Positions 20,172 to 36,286 of a DNA stretch of 64,000 nt are shown piece by piece. The position numbers and the translations under genes were made by a program. The notes below the pieces were generated by a model, which saw only the letters and a program-made list of their open reading frames with translations, was not told the origin of the DNA and did not search any database. How positions within the stretch are numbered: the first letter of the stretch is position 1; the number at the start of each line of letters is the position of its first letter. The stretch spans positions 310,001-374,000 of the forward strand of contig JBBPEB010000015.1 in assembly GCA_039096225.1 (NCBI GenBank). Reading direction: 5' to 3'. The stretch is from Blastocystis sp. Blastoise. Taxonomy: Eukaryota; Protista; Bigyra: Opalinata.

Positions 20172-21724
20172 TTCTTGTATGGTTCGCCATAAAATTGATA
20201 CTGATCGTGACCCGCGAATTATTGAATTTGGCGCGGAAATCGCTTCTATGCGACCTGTACACATACAAAATACTACTTATATATTAATGATTGTGTTCCA
20301 CGACATGACACTCTGTATTTATGACGTACGTGATCGCTGTTTCGCTTATCGAGACAGAATTCCAATAGATAAACGTATTCAAACGTATAAATCATTATAT
20401 TCAATACTCCCTGAAGATGAACAGGAAAACGACTCTTTAACTGAAAATATTCGCGGGGATTTAATGGAGAATGGATATCGTCTGTATACAGATCTATATG
20501 GATATATATATATCTTTGTTGCTACTGGGGAAGTGTTTATATACTCACTTTTCAAAGAAGAAATGAAACCCAATATGTATATATATATATATGTATATGT
20601 ATATATTTGATGTTATTGGCTGTTTTTATTTAATTTATTCTATTCAATTAGTCCATTCATATATATAATATATAATATATAATATATAATATATAATATA
20701 TAATATATAATATATAATATATAATATATAATATATAATATATAATAATATATAGCCCATTATCTTCTTTGACAAGCCCCTCGTTACAAGCGATGCGTTT
20801 ACAGTATCTTTTACGTTACATCACGTGCTACAAAGAACTCTTTCGAATTCATTACTCTTCATTCCGTAAGGGATCATACGAACAAACCCTCTTTGCCTCT
20901 CTCTTTAAATATATCTATCTGATTCCCTCTGAAGTCCCTCCAAAATCCCCCACGAATCGACATACAAATCCTGAAGACACATTAGCAAAGGAGTCTATGA
21001 AACAAATTATAGATATAGAGAAAAATATAAAGGAAATAATGATTGAATTAGAAAAGGCTTCTATTGAAACTGTATATAGTATTGATATAATGATTTCTTT
21101 TAAATTATTATAATAATTGTTCTATTTATGATTTAAAGATTATTATACAATTATAGATTTCTCTATTTTATACTCTATATTTATATTCTCAGTCTATCTA
21201 TTTGTACATATATTTTTAATATTATCAATATATATATATAGTATGACCCCATGGTGCGCGCGGAAAGAGAAGCCGCGCTATTAACACAACAGAAGGTTCT
21301 GGAACGACAGAAACAGGAGAATGAAGAGAAAGTAGTTGGAGGTATGTATACATATCATTATATTATATATATATTATTTAATTATCAATGGGACTTTTCT
21401 TCATTTATAATATATATATATATATATAGATCAACAATGGAGTCGAATGCAGAATAAGATTCAAAAAGGAAAAGAAGTATAAATTTATATATATATACAT
21501 TATATGAATTAATCATATTATTTGTATGTATATAGTTATTAGCTGAACGTAAAGAAAAGTTGGATAAAGCAGTCGATAAATCAGAACAATTACAAGCATC
21601 TAGTATATATATATATATAAATATATCTATTATAATTGTCATTCTAGGTTCTGAATTTGCTGAAATGGCGCGTCAATTAGAGAAAAAAGCTGAAACTGAA
21701 AGTAAATTTTTTGGATTTTTCTAG
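16231..21724 (+). CDS. tomosyn/Sro7/Lgl-like WD40 protein with C-terminal R-SNARE coiled coil
   Basis: Many small exons. N-terminal beta-propeller-like strands (AYDN|THGQLAIANSTGDIQII); C-terminus LLAERKEKLDKAVDKSEQLQASSSEFAEMARQL is an R-SNARE motif lacking a TM anchor; TAG at 21722-21724. Internal exon structure only partly resolved. Confidence 0.7.
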
Positions 21725-22163
21725 TTCTATGATTCAAATATCTTCTTCCTATATATACTATATATATAGTTATTTCGTTTTTAAATATATATTTGCATTA
21801 TAACGTTATTATAAATATTTGTAAATATTGTTTAATATTTTTTATAATCTATTTTATATCTAAAAGCCTATCATTTCTTTTAATTGCTTGTTCAGGGTTC
21901 AATTCATAGAAAACAACAAAATATAATATAACAAAAATAATTTGAACTATATAACCACAAACTAGAAAAAGTGAAAATGAATAAATTAAAGAAAACAATA
22001 ATATATAATTACGAAAAATGCCCTATATAATGGATATAAAATATCAGAAAATGAATGAATAAAAAAATATGAATAAAAGATGAAAACAGAAAATATATAA
22101 ATAGTATTCTTAAAGATCCCCTTTTGATTTTACTAACAATATATATAATATATAATAAGTATA

Positions 22164-23600
<1,437 letters not shown>

Positions 23601-23878
23601 TTATATATCGTTTTTTAACATAATAATATTAAATTCGAGTAACAGTTAACTTTTAAAAATGAGACTTTTTCGTTTTCATTATTCTTATTTTTTGTAAAAT
23701 TAATTGTACAAATAATGTTTTTAATATTTGAATCGTTGTGTAATATTAAAAGAAGAAAAATAACAAACTTAAGACGGAAACGAAATGTGGAATGTGAAAA
23801 TTATAATTTATTAATACAAATTCTGGTACAAGTAAGTTAATCTATTTTTATAAAACATATATCATGCTATTAAACTGT

Positions 23879-25122
23879 TTAGAACATATTGAAAATATCA
23901 TCACTATAGAGGAAAGTATTTAGCGAATAGATGTAGAAAAAATAATGATAAATAAAATAAGATATAGGATGAAAACATACACAGGAGCGGCAGCAGGGGC
24001 AGCGGGAGCACTCATATCAGCTAAATCATCAGAAGCAGCAGCAGCAGCCTTCTTAGGTTTAGCAGCACCAGTACGACCACGACGACGAGCTATAGAAGGA
24101 AATAATAAATAAAATAATAAATAAATAAAATAATAATAAATAAAATAATAAATAAATAAAATAATAAATAAATAAAATAATAAATAATAAAATAATAAAT
24201 AATAAAATAATAAATAAATAAAATAATAAATAAATAAAATAATAATAAATAAAATAATAATAAATAAAATAATAATAAATAATATAATAAATAAATAAAA
24301 TAATAAATAATAAAATAATAAATAATAAAATAATAAACACATACTACGTCCTTCTTGAGGAGGAGGAGCAATACCACCTTGAGAATTGACATCAATGTTG
24401 TTTTCAACAGCTTTTCTGTGATTTCTTCTCTATAGATTAATAAAAATAATATTATAAATAAACATATATATATATATTAATAAAATAGAATAACCAATAA
24501 AATGATAAAAATAGTATAATATTTCTCTTCTTAGACTTAAGGTTGATATCAACGTGAAGAGTTTCACCATCACCAAGAGTGAAATCAGCTTCTTCACCAT
24601 CTTCATCTTCTTCTTCAGGTTCTTCAATATATCTAGAAAAATAATTTAATTAATTAGAAAAAATGAATAATGGTAAAATTAAAAAATAGCAACAAATCAT
24701 TAAATCAATTATAAAAAATAAAAAAATAAATAAAAATTAAAAAAAAAGTACTTTTTGTATTCTTGAAGAGCAATCTTGAAATCTAAGGCTTCAGATCTTT
24801 CTTGGAAACCTAAACCAACATAAGCCTTCTTCTTGTTCTTTTCAATTCTGACAACGAAGTATCTGGAAGAATCGAGAACAGATTCAACAGCAGAAGGACC
24901 ATCATCACGAATAGTAGCAGTAGCAAAGAGGTTATCGTCTTCATCAACAAATTCAACAACACAGTTGGAACCTCTTAACATAACTTGTAATTTACCAAAC
25001 CAAATTTGGTTATTCCAACCAGCAGCACGGTAACCCATACCAGAAGTACGCGGAGGAATCTTATAGATGAAACATCTTCTAATAGTACATAAACATTGTT
25101 CAACTTCTTCGTCAGAGGACAT
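23879..25122 (-). CDS. NECAP: adaptin ear-binding coat-associated protein (NECAP, PHear domain)
   Basis: FIYKIPPR...GYRAAGW...AVESVLDSSRYFVVRI...AYVGLGFQERSEALDFKIALQE, then DFTLGDGETLHVDI and IAPPP; four exons. Confidence 0.9.
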
Positions 25123-25908
25123 ACTATTTATTTTATATTTATAAATCTACAATAATAGTATATACTTGTTCAAGAGAGAGGAAAATAAGAAATAAGAATG
25201 TTATCTTTTTTCTTAGATTATTTCCTCTAGAAATATGCAAAATCTTATTTTTGTAAGGTGGAGCCATAGATTTTAAGTTTGTTACACTCAGAATATACGT
25301 AGATAATGAAGCTCCTCAGGAACATTTAATTTCCACGGGGATTTTAAGGAATGCACTGATTAATGCCATTTTCCATTTTAAACTTTTATTTGATGATTCC
25401 ATTATTTTAAGCCAATAGGATTTTGTCGTTTTGTCTGTCATTTTTGTTGATTCATATTTGATTCTAATTATTTAGAGAGAACTATTCATTTTTATTATTG
25501 AGTTTCTTCTTTAAAATCTATACGAGATGTACGGTAACCTAAAAAAAGTTCATTCTTTTCATTGAAAATTATTATTTCTGCATTGACTATTTTGTTATAT
25601 GTATATATGAAACTAGAATAAGCTGAAAAATACGACTCATATTTCGAAATCTCTACATAACCACTTGATGGCAATTAATTGTTTAACTGTTTTTCATTCG
25701 TTTATTTTTGTCTTCCATTATTCCTATCATTTCTTTGATACCTTTATGTAGTTTATTTATTGTGAGTTATACATACATTAAAGAGAAAAAAAATTAAAAA
25801 CCATGTCGTTGTATTTGCGGTTTTTTTTCATTTTTCTCAGGAATTTTGTATTGAAACAAATTTGTTTTCTATTCTAACATATTCATCGGTAATACTCACT
25901 AATAAAAC

Positions 25909-26976
25909 ATGCCTATCGATTCGGAGCCTACCGTACAATTCTTCATAACGATATATATTTATATTAGATTACTATAACTCAAACTGGAGAAGATTTTATC
26001 AAATTCACCTTATCAAATGTTGATGTATCAACTGCAAATACATTGAGAAGAGTTCTCATTGCTGAGGTTCCTACACTTGCAATTGATCTTGTTAAAATAT
26101 ATGAAAACACATCTCCTTTAAATGATGAATTTATTGCTCATCGTTTAGGTTTGATTCCTTTACGATCTAAAGAGAACCCAAGATTTGAAGGAATGAATAA
26201 TCAAAAACTCTGTACATGTGCTACAGGATGTAAAAACTGTTGTGTAGAATTTGATTTGAATGTGAAATGTATTTTTTTCTAATTAGTATAGTATATCCAT
26301 GATTTCTGAAGCCTTTTTTGTGTCATACATTTTTTTTCTTTTATATTTCTATAATTCTCGAAGGATATTTTCTATATCATTCTTTCTTTTTTAGGTACTG
26401 AAGGTATTTATAACGTTACGTCTGCAGATTTAATATGTCGTGATCCTCACTTTGAGCCCGCACATTTCCAAACTGAAAAAGATCCTTATCGTTGTACGAA
26501 TGGTATTCGTATCATGGATTTAGCCAAAGGACAAGAACTACGTCTCACGGCCACAGCAACTATTGTATATTATTATTAGGATTATTGCTATTATAATTGA
26601 TTTATTATTTTTTTAATTTTTTTATTATTTTTTTTTTACTATTTATTATTATTCATTATAATTGCTTGATTATTAATTCTGTTATTCATTATCTATCTTT
26701 ACTATTTATTAGTATATATTTTACTATATAAAATTATGAATTATAATTATATATAAGTAGTATATATATTATTGGTGAACACTGTTTCTTTATCTTCTTT
26801 TTTATACATATTCTTTTCTCAAAACAATTTATAGAAATTTAATACATTTTATTAATAGTTTGATATTCTTCTTCTTATTATTATATATATAAAGGGTGTA
26901 GCAAAAATGCATGCTAAATTCTCTCCTGTGTCAACAGCTGTTTTCAAATATAGACCTATCATTAAAATTAATCAAC

Positions 26977-27020
<44 letters not shown>

Positions 27021-27709
27021 TTTCACTTCATTCTTATTGTCTTCAATAAAAATCCTAGATATTTATATTCATTAGTATTAATTTATAATGCTATTGACTA
27101 TTTATATAGAGTTATTAGAAGAAGTAGATATTGACACTCGACGAGCTATTCAACAATGTTGCCCTAAAAAGATTTTCGAATATAATGAAGATACTCATGC
27201 TGTATTTATATACTCTTATAGTATCTATTAATTAATTTTTTTTATTAATTTGATATTGTCACTTGTGTCATTATAATAATAATAATAAATATAATAATAA
27301 TAAATATAATAAAAATATAATAAAAATATAATAAAAATATAATAATAATATAATAAAAATATAATAATAATATATAATAAATAATAACATATATAGATTA
27401 CAATTGTTCATCCTGAGGATTGTTTATTTTGTAGTGATTGTGATGAATTTAATACATTTAAATATGATAAATTAATAGATGTTCAACAAAGACAAGATAT
27501 ATTTGATTTCATTGTAGAAGGTACAGGAGCTATGAAACCTACAGATATTCTTCTTTCTGCATTTAATGTACTTGAAGTATGCATATCTTATTAATATTTT
27601 TATATTAATTACTCTTTTATCTATTTCTTCTTAAACAAATATTATAATACTTTTCTATCTATAGAAAAAAACTGAAGATCTCAGAGATATATTAAAGAAC
27701 ATGAACTAA
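25909..27709 (+). CDS. RPB3: RNA polymerase II subunit RPB3
   Basis: ANTLRRVLIAEVPTLAIDLV...DEFIAHRLGLIPL, zinc loop CTCATGCKNCC, KGQEL, GVAKMHAKFSP, VEGTGAMKP. Short N-terminus and zinc loop favour RPB3 over AC40. Confidence 0.9.
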
Positions 27710-29364
27710 ATGAATGTCTAAAGTCTTCTATTCTTGATTTAACTTGCTTTATAGAGTTATTTGTTTTAATTGTATTAATTTTTGTTATGTTATTCTGTTT
27801 TGTTTGACTTCCACAGATAGTATCCATCATAGTTATAATATATATATTAGTCATATCTCTTTAAAAGATCAACTCAACTCATTAGAAACCACTATCAGCG
27901 ATATTTTAATTATTAAATGTATCTGATTGGTTGATTTTGGTTCAAAACTTGTTCCACCAATGGAATGAGATTTACTTCAGCGACTTAGGCAAAAATCGTG
28001 AATTTTGACAAAATTTTGACACTTTTTTTCAGTTTAGTTTTTCTTAGGTATAAAAAACCATATTAGACATATTTTATTAAAAAATTGACATTATTTTCTC
28101 GTCTTAGAATGTCACATAATATCAAAAACGTTTTTAGTTTGTTTTAAGTCGAAATTTGGTTAATTCATCGGGTCCATATTATAAAGTTTTTTATAGTTGT
28201 GTTTGGAGTAAAAGATTTTTAAGAGTCATATATACGAATAAAAATTAATAAAATGGCCGCTATGGCTCAAAACCAAATTTCAGCCAAAAATTCAAATTTT
28301 GTTATTTTTTTTTCAGTGAAAAAAAATAACCGAGCCTATTTGTTTGATGGACAGTCAGACCAGAGTCTTAAATTTTTGAAATACTTACGGGAATGTTTTT
28401 CCCATTCAAAACTTGGTCTATTTCTATTTTTGAATTAAAACATGTCTAAATATAATTGAAAATTGTTTTAAGACTCATTTCATATCAGATATGAGTATAT
28501 GAGCCACAAGACACCCTTAATGATGCGTCAATAGAATATTTTGCATCAGATTCAAATATTTGTTTGTGTGTTGATTTCACAATTGTATCATAGCATAATC
28601 ACCCTAAATTATATGCTATAAACATTATAGTTGCCCAAATTATTTCATATCGATTTTGAGTAAATCAATATAATTTGTTAGTTTTTATTTAAAAGTAAGA
28701 AGACACAACTAATTTTTATTCTATATGACGAACAGCTTGTAACATTTGAATTAGGTCAATGAATGATTAAAAAACGAAGAAAAATTTTTTTGTAAAAAAC
28801 AGCGAGTTTTCTTCGTTTTTTTTAAACGAAGAATTTTTATTATAATTATTGTTAACAAAATGTCATAATTTATTTTAAATTGATAAATGTGTTTGATTAT
28901 TATAGATATAATTGCTACACGTATTACTTTATAATCTTATAGATTTTTTTATATGTTGTTGTTAATCTGTTGTCTTTTTAGTTTTTCCTTTCGATGTTTA
29001 CAGTTGTTAATGAAGTTATGCCTTTCAATAATGGTTTTGGATATTTATTAGAGTATTTAAGAAGTTATGCTGCCACAATTCTTTTGTGAATTAACTACAT
29101 CGGTTAAGTTTTATGATTGTTACTATTGTCTACGGCTTGTCTAATCATATTAAACAAGAACAGAATATGTTTTTGTGCAAAAATTAAATTCATGTTTTGT
29201 TCTGATTTTAATTACATACTTTTCTGTATTTATTCATTTATTTAACTTTACTAAAAATCATTGTATAGTAATTATTATATATATATATTATATAATAGAT
29301 GTCTATCATTATTATACTTATTATTATACTTATTATTATTGTCATCATTATCTTCTTTATCTAG

Positions 29365-29652
29365 TTATTACTCCTGCTATCCTCCTACTACAGTCACTTG
29401 TTTACATTGTTTATTAATGATGACTTCTATGAGACGTTATCTCTTTGTTAAACCTGAATCTCGTTTAGAATTCTTAAAATTATTAATTGAAGAGGTTTTT
29501 GAACAATTAACTCGTAGTCATGCATTTGATGATAAAGATACTTATCATATGTTCTGTCAATTATTATGAAAACTTAAAGTATATAGATATATTTATTATT
29601 ATTATTATTAATGTATTATATGAATTCTATATACGAATATATTATACTATAA

Positions 29653-29697
<45 letters not shown>

Positions 29698-31043
29698 CTA
29701 TTTCTTTAGGCTAATTTCCAGTTATCAGAACTTTTCAGAACTCCACGATATAGTGAATTTATTCGTCTTTTAACAAATTTTACTATTGATTCCTTTAAGA
29801 ATTGGCAATGGTGTAGTAATTCTTTTAGTTATTTACTTACTTTATGGAGTTGACTGATTTGTGCTGAACGTTATGTTCAGATCGGTTCAGATATTGATAA
29901 TACAAGTTGTTTTAATGAATCTGTTCATCAATTAATACAAGCATATATTAATGGTAAAATGGAAAGTGTAGATGATTATGTTGATGATGATATGAATAAC
30001 CCTCTTAGTGATACAGAAAGCTTAGCCATAGAAATGCAACAATTACCTCAAATAGTCAGATATTTTTTTAAGTGAATACTACATATATATGTAACTGCTT
30101 TGATCCTCTTAATGAAGAATATAATGTATATAGTATTATTATAATAATCTCTTTTTTTGTTTATATTTGCATTTAAATATACGTTTATATTTATATTCAT
30201 TATTATATTTATTACTTCTATTCTCGTGTATTTCTAGACCCTTCTTTATCAATTTTCTAAAGTATGAGTAAATACTACAGATTATCAAGAATTGGCGAAT
30301 AAAACAATTATTGAGCAATATATATATTCTTAAACAATTATTTATAGGCTGTCTTTCGTGGTTTTGTAATACTGTTGTTACTGTTTTTATTAATCAAGTA
30401 TTCAGCAAACACAGGTTCAAAATAACTATCATTAATAGGTACAGAAGTTATTCAACTTAAACATAATGCTAGTTATTGACTTAACGTAAATATATATAAA
30501 CTATATTATAATATGTTATTATATATTATTATATATATTATTATATATTATTACATTTGTTTTTGCTTTCGTTTTTACAGTATATATATATATGTATAAA
30601 TATATATATATAGAATTGATTTAGTAGGATTAATTCCAACATGGAATTATCATTAAATTTTCTTTGAACAATTCAGAAATATAGATATATATATGAGAAT
30701 AAGAAGCGTCTTCCTGATGATACCTTTCTTGATATGAATTCCTCTCGAAAAGAGCAATTATATATATTTATTGGCTATGTATTAATAGATAGAAATTAAA
30801 TATATATATAAATAATTTATCAATATTGCATTGATGATTTATCTTATTTTTTGTCTAGATGTAAGAAGAGTAATATATTAAATCACTTAATCGATGTAAT
30901 TTTGAATAACCTTCGTTATTGGGAAGATAATACAGTGATTATTAAAAATTGCTTAGATATATTCCTTAATCTCTGTAATGATCATGCCTGCTCTCAATTA
31001 CTATTAGATATATCAACTACTCAATATCCACTTGAAACATATA

Positions 31044-31050
<7 letters not shown>
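29365..31050 (+). pseudogene. exportin-7/RanBP16-like internal fragment, disrupted
   Basis: SMRRYLF...YHMFCQLL*KLK|ANFQLSEL...WQWCSNSFSYLLTLWS*L...ILNNLRYW matches XPO7. In-frame TGA at 29567-29569 and 29851-29853, frameshift near 30070, degraded downstream exons; no N- or C-terminus found; introns retained. Confidence 0.8.
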
Positions 31051-31079
<29 letters not shown>

Positions 31080-31344
31080 TTATTATTACAAGCGTTACAC
31101 AGAAATATTTATTTACATTCTATAGATTCTGCTTTTCATAATTTTATTTCTCACTTCTAGATTTTATGATATTATAATAAGAATAAAAAGAATCATGTAA
31201 AGAAAATAATAAGAATATAAGTATGAGTGCCTTATAGGTACTAATTATAATAATAATATATTATCTTATAATAATGATAAGAATTATATTAATGTTATAA
31301 CTAAGAAGAATAATATGAATGATGAAATTAACTTTTTTGGCGAT

Positions 31345-33990
31345 AATAATAGTATTATTACTTCCTTATAATACTATTACTTATACTATTATTATTACTA
31401 CTACTTCCTTATAATATTATTACTTACCTATAAAATTATTACTACTACTTCCTTATAATATTATTACTTCCTTATAATATTATTACTTACCTATAATATT
31501 ATTACTTACCTATAATATTATTACTATTTACCTATAATATTATTACTTACCTATAATATTATTACTATTTACCTATAATAATATTACTTACCTATAATAT
31601 TATTACTTACCTGTAATATTATTACTTACCTGTAATATTATTACTTACCTATAATAATATTAATACTACTTCCTTATAATATTATTACTTTCCTATAATA
31701 CTATTATTACTTACCTATAATAATATTACTTACCTATAATATTATTACAACTTCTTTATAATAATATTGTAATTGCTTCCTTATTACTACTACTTCCTTA
31801 TAATATTATTACTTTCCTATAATAATATTACTACTTACTTATAATAATATTATTACTACTTACTTATGATAATACTAATTCCTTATAATATTATTACTTC
31901 CTTATATTATTACTACTTACTTATGATAATATTAATTCCTCATAATATTATTACTTCCTCATATTATTATTACTTCTTTATAATATTATTACTTCCTTAT
32001 AATGTTACTACTTACTTATAATATTATTACTTTCCTATAATAATATTACTTACTTATAATAATATAACTTATAATGTTAGTACTTATAGTATTATTACTT
32101 CCTTATAATATTATTACTTACTTATAATACTATTACTTCCTTATAATATTATTACTTACTTATAATATTATTACTTACTTATAATAATATAACTTATAAT
32201 GTTAGTACTTATAATACTATTACTTCCTCATAATACTATTACTTCCTCATAATATTATTACTTACTTATAATAATATAACTTATAATGTTAGTACTTATA
32301 ATACTATTACTTCCTTATAATACTATTACTTCCTCATAATACTATTACTTCTTTATAATATTATTACTACTTACTTATAATATTATTACTTACTTATAAT
32401 ATTATTACTTCCTTATAATATTATTACTTCTTTATAATATTATAACTTATAATGTTAGTACTTATAATATTATTACTACTTACTTATAATATTATTACTT
32501 CCTTATAATATTATTACTTCCTTATAATACTATTACTTCCTTATAATACTATTACTTCTTTATAATACTATTACTTCCTCATAATATTATTATTTCCTTA
32601 TAATATTATTACTTCTTTATAATATTACTACTTACTTATAATATTATTACTTCATTATAATATTATTACTTCCTCATAATACTATTACTTCCTTATAATA
32701 CTATTACTTCCTCATAATACTATTACTTCCTCATAATACTATTACTTTCTTATAATACTATTACTTTCTTATAATACTATTACTTCCTCATAATACTATT
32801 ACTTCCTCATAATACTATTACTTCCTTATAATATTATAACTTATAATGTCAGTACTTATAATATTATTACTACTTACTTATAATATTATTACTTCCTCAT
32901 AATACTATTATTTCCTTATAATACTATTACTTCCTTATAATATTATTACTTCTTTATAATATTAATACTTCTTTATAATGTTACTACTTCTTTATAATGT
33001 TACTACTTCTTTATAATGTTACTACTTCTTTATAATGTTACTACTTACTTATAATATTATTACTTACCTATAATAATATAACTTATAATGTTAGTACTTA
33101 TGATAATATTATTACTTCCTCATAATATTATTACTTCCTTATAATACTATTACTTCCTTATAATACTATTACTTCTTTATAATAAGATTACTTCTTTATA
33201 ATAATATTACTTCTTTATGATATTATTACTTCATTATAATACTATTACTTCCTTATAATACTATGACTTCTTTACAATACTATTACTTCCTCATAATATT
33301 ATTACTTCCTTATAATAATATTATTACTACTTACTTATATTATTATTACTTCCTTATAATACTATTACTTCCTTATAATATTATTACATCTATATAATAC
33401 TATTACTTCATTATAATATTATTACTTACTTATAATAATATTATTACTACTTACTTATAATAATATTAATTCCTTATAATATTATTACTTCCTTATAATA
33501 TTATTACTTCATTATAATATGACTTCCTTATAATACTATGACTTCATTATAATAATATAACTTATAATGTTACCATTTACTTATAATAATATTATTACTA
33601 CTTACTTATAATATTACTTCATTACAATATTATTACTTCATTTTAATAATATAACTTATAATGTTACTACTTACTTATAATAATAATATTACTACTTCAT
33701 TATAATATTACTTACTTATAATTTAACTACTTACTTATAATATTATTACTTCCTTATAATGTAACTACTTCCTTATAATAATATTACTTCTGTACAATAC
33801 TATTACTTCTTTACAATACTTTTATTTCTTTATGATACTATTACTTCTTTATAATACTATTACTTCTTTATAATACTATTACTTCTTTATAATACTATTA
33901 CTTCTTTATGATACTATTACTTCTTTATGATAATATTACTTCTTTATGATACTATTATTACTACATCCTTAAATATTATTACTTCCATAT
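31345..33990. repeat. 19-bp satellite array, consensus ACTTCCTTATAATATTATT
   Basis: Over 100 degenerate tandem units read directly, with a recurring variant TATAACTTATAATGTTAGTACTTATA; edges are diffuse. Confidence 0.9.
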
Positions 33991-36286
33991 ATTACTGCTG
34001 TATATTACAGTTATTAATAACAAAAACAAAAGTCATATCAAGTGTATTAACAATAAGAATAATAATAAAGCATGAAGAAGAATGAATGCTATATTAAGAA
34101 TCAGTAATTTGGATGCAAATACTAAGATACTAAGATTATAAATAATAGTACATATACTAATACTAATAAAGAATCAATAATATTAATAGTCTTCTCTATA
34201 TAACAATCAGAAGATCATGAAGTATAATAGTATTACTAGTATAAGCCTTTTTATTCTAACAACTGATTATATTTTCATCGTAATACAAATATTTCTTCAA
34301 AATAATCTTCCTCTTGTTAGAACATACCCATACTGTTATGTCTCCTTGTATTTTTATATAATAAGCTGATGATGACACTACTACTATTACTAAACTCCTA
34401 CAATTTTCTTCTTGTTTTCGTTATAATACGCATGCTCATAATAATTATAAGAATTCTTAAATATAATAGAAATATTTTGTGCTACTACTACCGTTATTAT
34501 TATGTCTAGTTGTAATGATATTAAAGATATTTTATATGTGTCATGTCTTTTTACATTCTTATTCCAATAATACTATATCTAATACTAATGATATTCTGCT
34601 ACTTAAACTATTATACACCAAATCCTTTTTCTGTCTATTGCTTCTAATATTGTTAATACTTATATATTTGGAATATACTACTATGCAATACCTTTTATAT
34701 TTTTCCTCTTTCTTCTCCTAATACTACGTATAATAGTAGTTATTAATAAGAACAATGATAAGATTATAATTATGTTTTCTATTCTTGTTTTCTAATTTCT
34801 CTTACATTTTGAATCAATTAAAATATTATGCTATGTCATTAAATGATTGTACCTCCTTTACTAACAGTTTTTAAATTAATTTAAATACCAAAAATGTTAT
34901 GATATCAATATGTAATTCGGTTTTCGTAATCATATCTTTAAAGAAAGAATACCATAAGTAATAATACTTGAAGTACTATTACTTTCTTTATAACCTCTAC
35001 TGATCTTAGATCATAAATAGTTCTATCACAACTATCAATGAATGTCTATTATTACTACTAATAATACTATAGATTAATGAGATTATAATATAGTATTGCT
35101 ATGCAGATTCTCCTTTTAATTATTTTTTCTTCTATCTCTTTTCTTACTCTCATCATATGACTGTTCATACAAAAATCATATATTACTCATTATGGTTTGC
35201 CATTAATATTTCATTTATTAGTAACAAAAGATCTACTAATATGGTTATTGAAAATGGTTTAGTAAAATATATAGAAAACATATATTACTGTAATAATTAC
35301 TTTATGAATTAATAACAATAAAATAGGATTATATATTAAACATTTAAAAAAATATATGAGAATTTAGAAGATTAAATTAAATAAGTCTATGCTCATTCTA
35401 TTTTGAATAGAACATGTAATAGTTTTTAAATAAGATGCTTTATTATTATGGATAGAAAAATACAATGAAATAAGGATATATTCAGTAAATATGAATGAAT
35501 TTAGTACAAATCAATATAATATATATATTATTCGATATAATATTAGATACTTGAAAAGTTCGATGATTATTGCTTCATATATATAGATTATTGGTGAAAA
35601 AAGTTGTAAATAGATATGAATTTGAACATTTTTTTATGTATTATTTAAAACATTTATTCACTGTAATTTTAACTATTATGAAGTTGAATTAAGTTAGAAA
35701 AACCTACTATGATCTGCTTTTATGTTATGAAATTCATTAATAACAAGAACAACCAAAAAGTGATTATAAGAGATAATATGTATGAAATTATACATTAAAA
35801 ATATAAATTATAAAAAAGTCAAAGTTTAAATACGATTATACATATAATTTTATAAGTATTTACATGGAAATGTACCCATTCACATGCATGTAGTCTTTTG
35901 GTATAAATGTTGTATAAGTATAAACATCTTCTGAAGTTACTGTCAACGTAGACCTTTGGATAGTCTTTTCTTTGGTTTGTTTTTCCTATATAAAGAAGAA
36001 TAAAGTATAGAAACAATAAAAGATATTATTTGACAAAATTTTTTATAGTTAATAATATATAAATAATTAGTATTAAGAATATATATATGCATATAAAGAT
36101 GAAGGTAATCATTCTGATAATTAAATATATATAAAAGTAAAATGAATTCATTATAATAATTATTATATTAGTAATTAAAAGATTTATCTACACAATGAAA
36201 TATAAAAAATGATACTAAATAACTATTACTAATATACATACGATGTATTTATTATGATACTAATATGAATATATTATTATTTATTA

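Noticed and set aside
29567-29853. In-frame TGA codons as evidence of stop-codon reassignment
   Set aside because: The same gene has a frameshift and degraded exons, and no intact gene traced in the window needs TGA readthrough. Pseudogenisation is simpler.
31345-33990. Satellite as a CRISPR-like array or coding repeat
   Set aside because: No unique spacers, no cas genes, eukaryotic context; the 19-bp period and frequent stops exclude coding.
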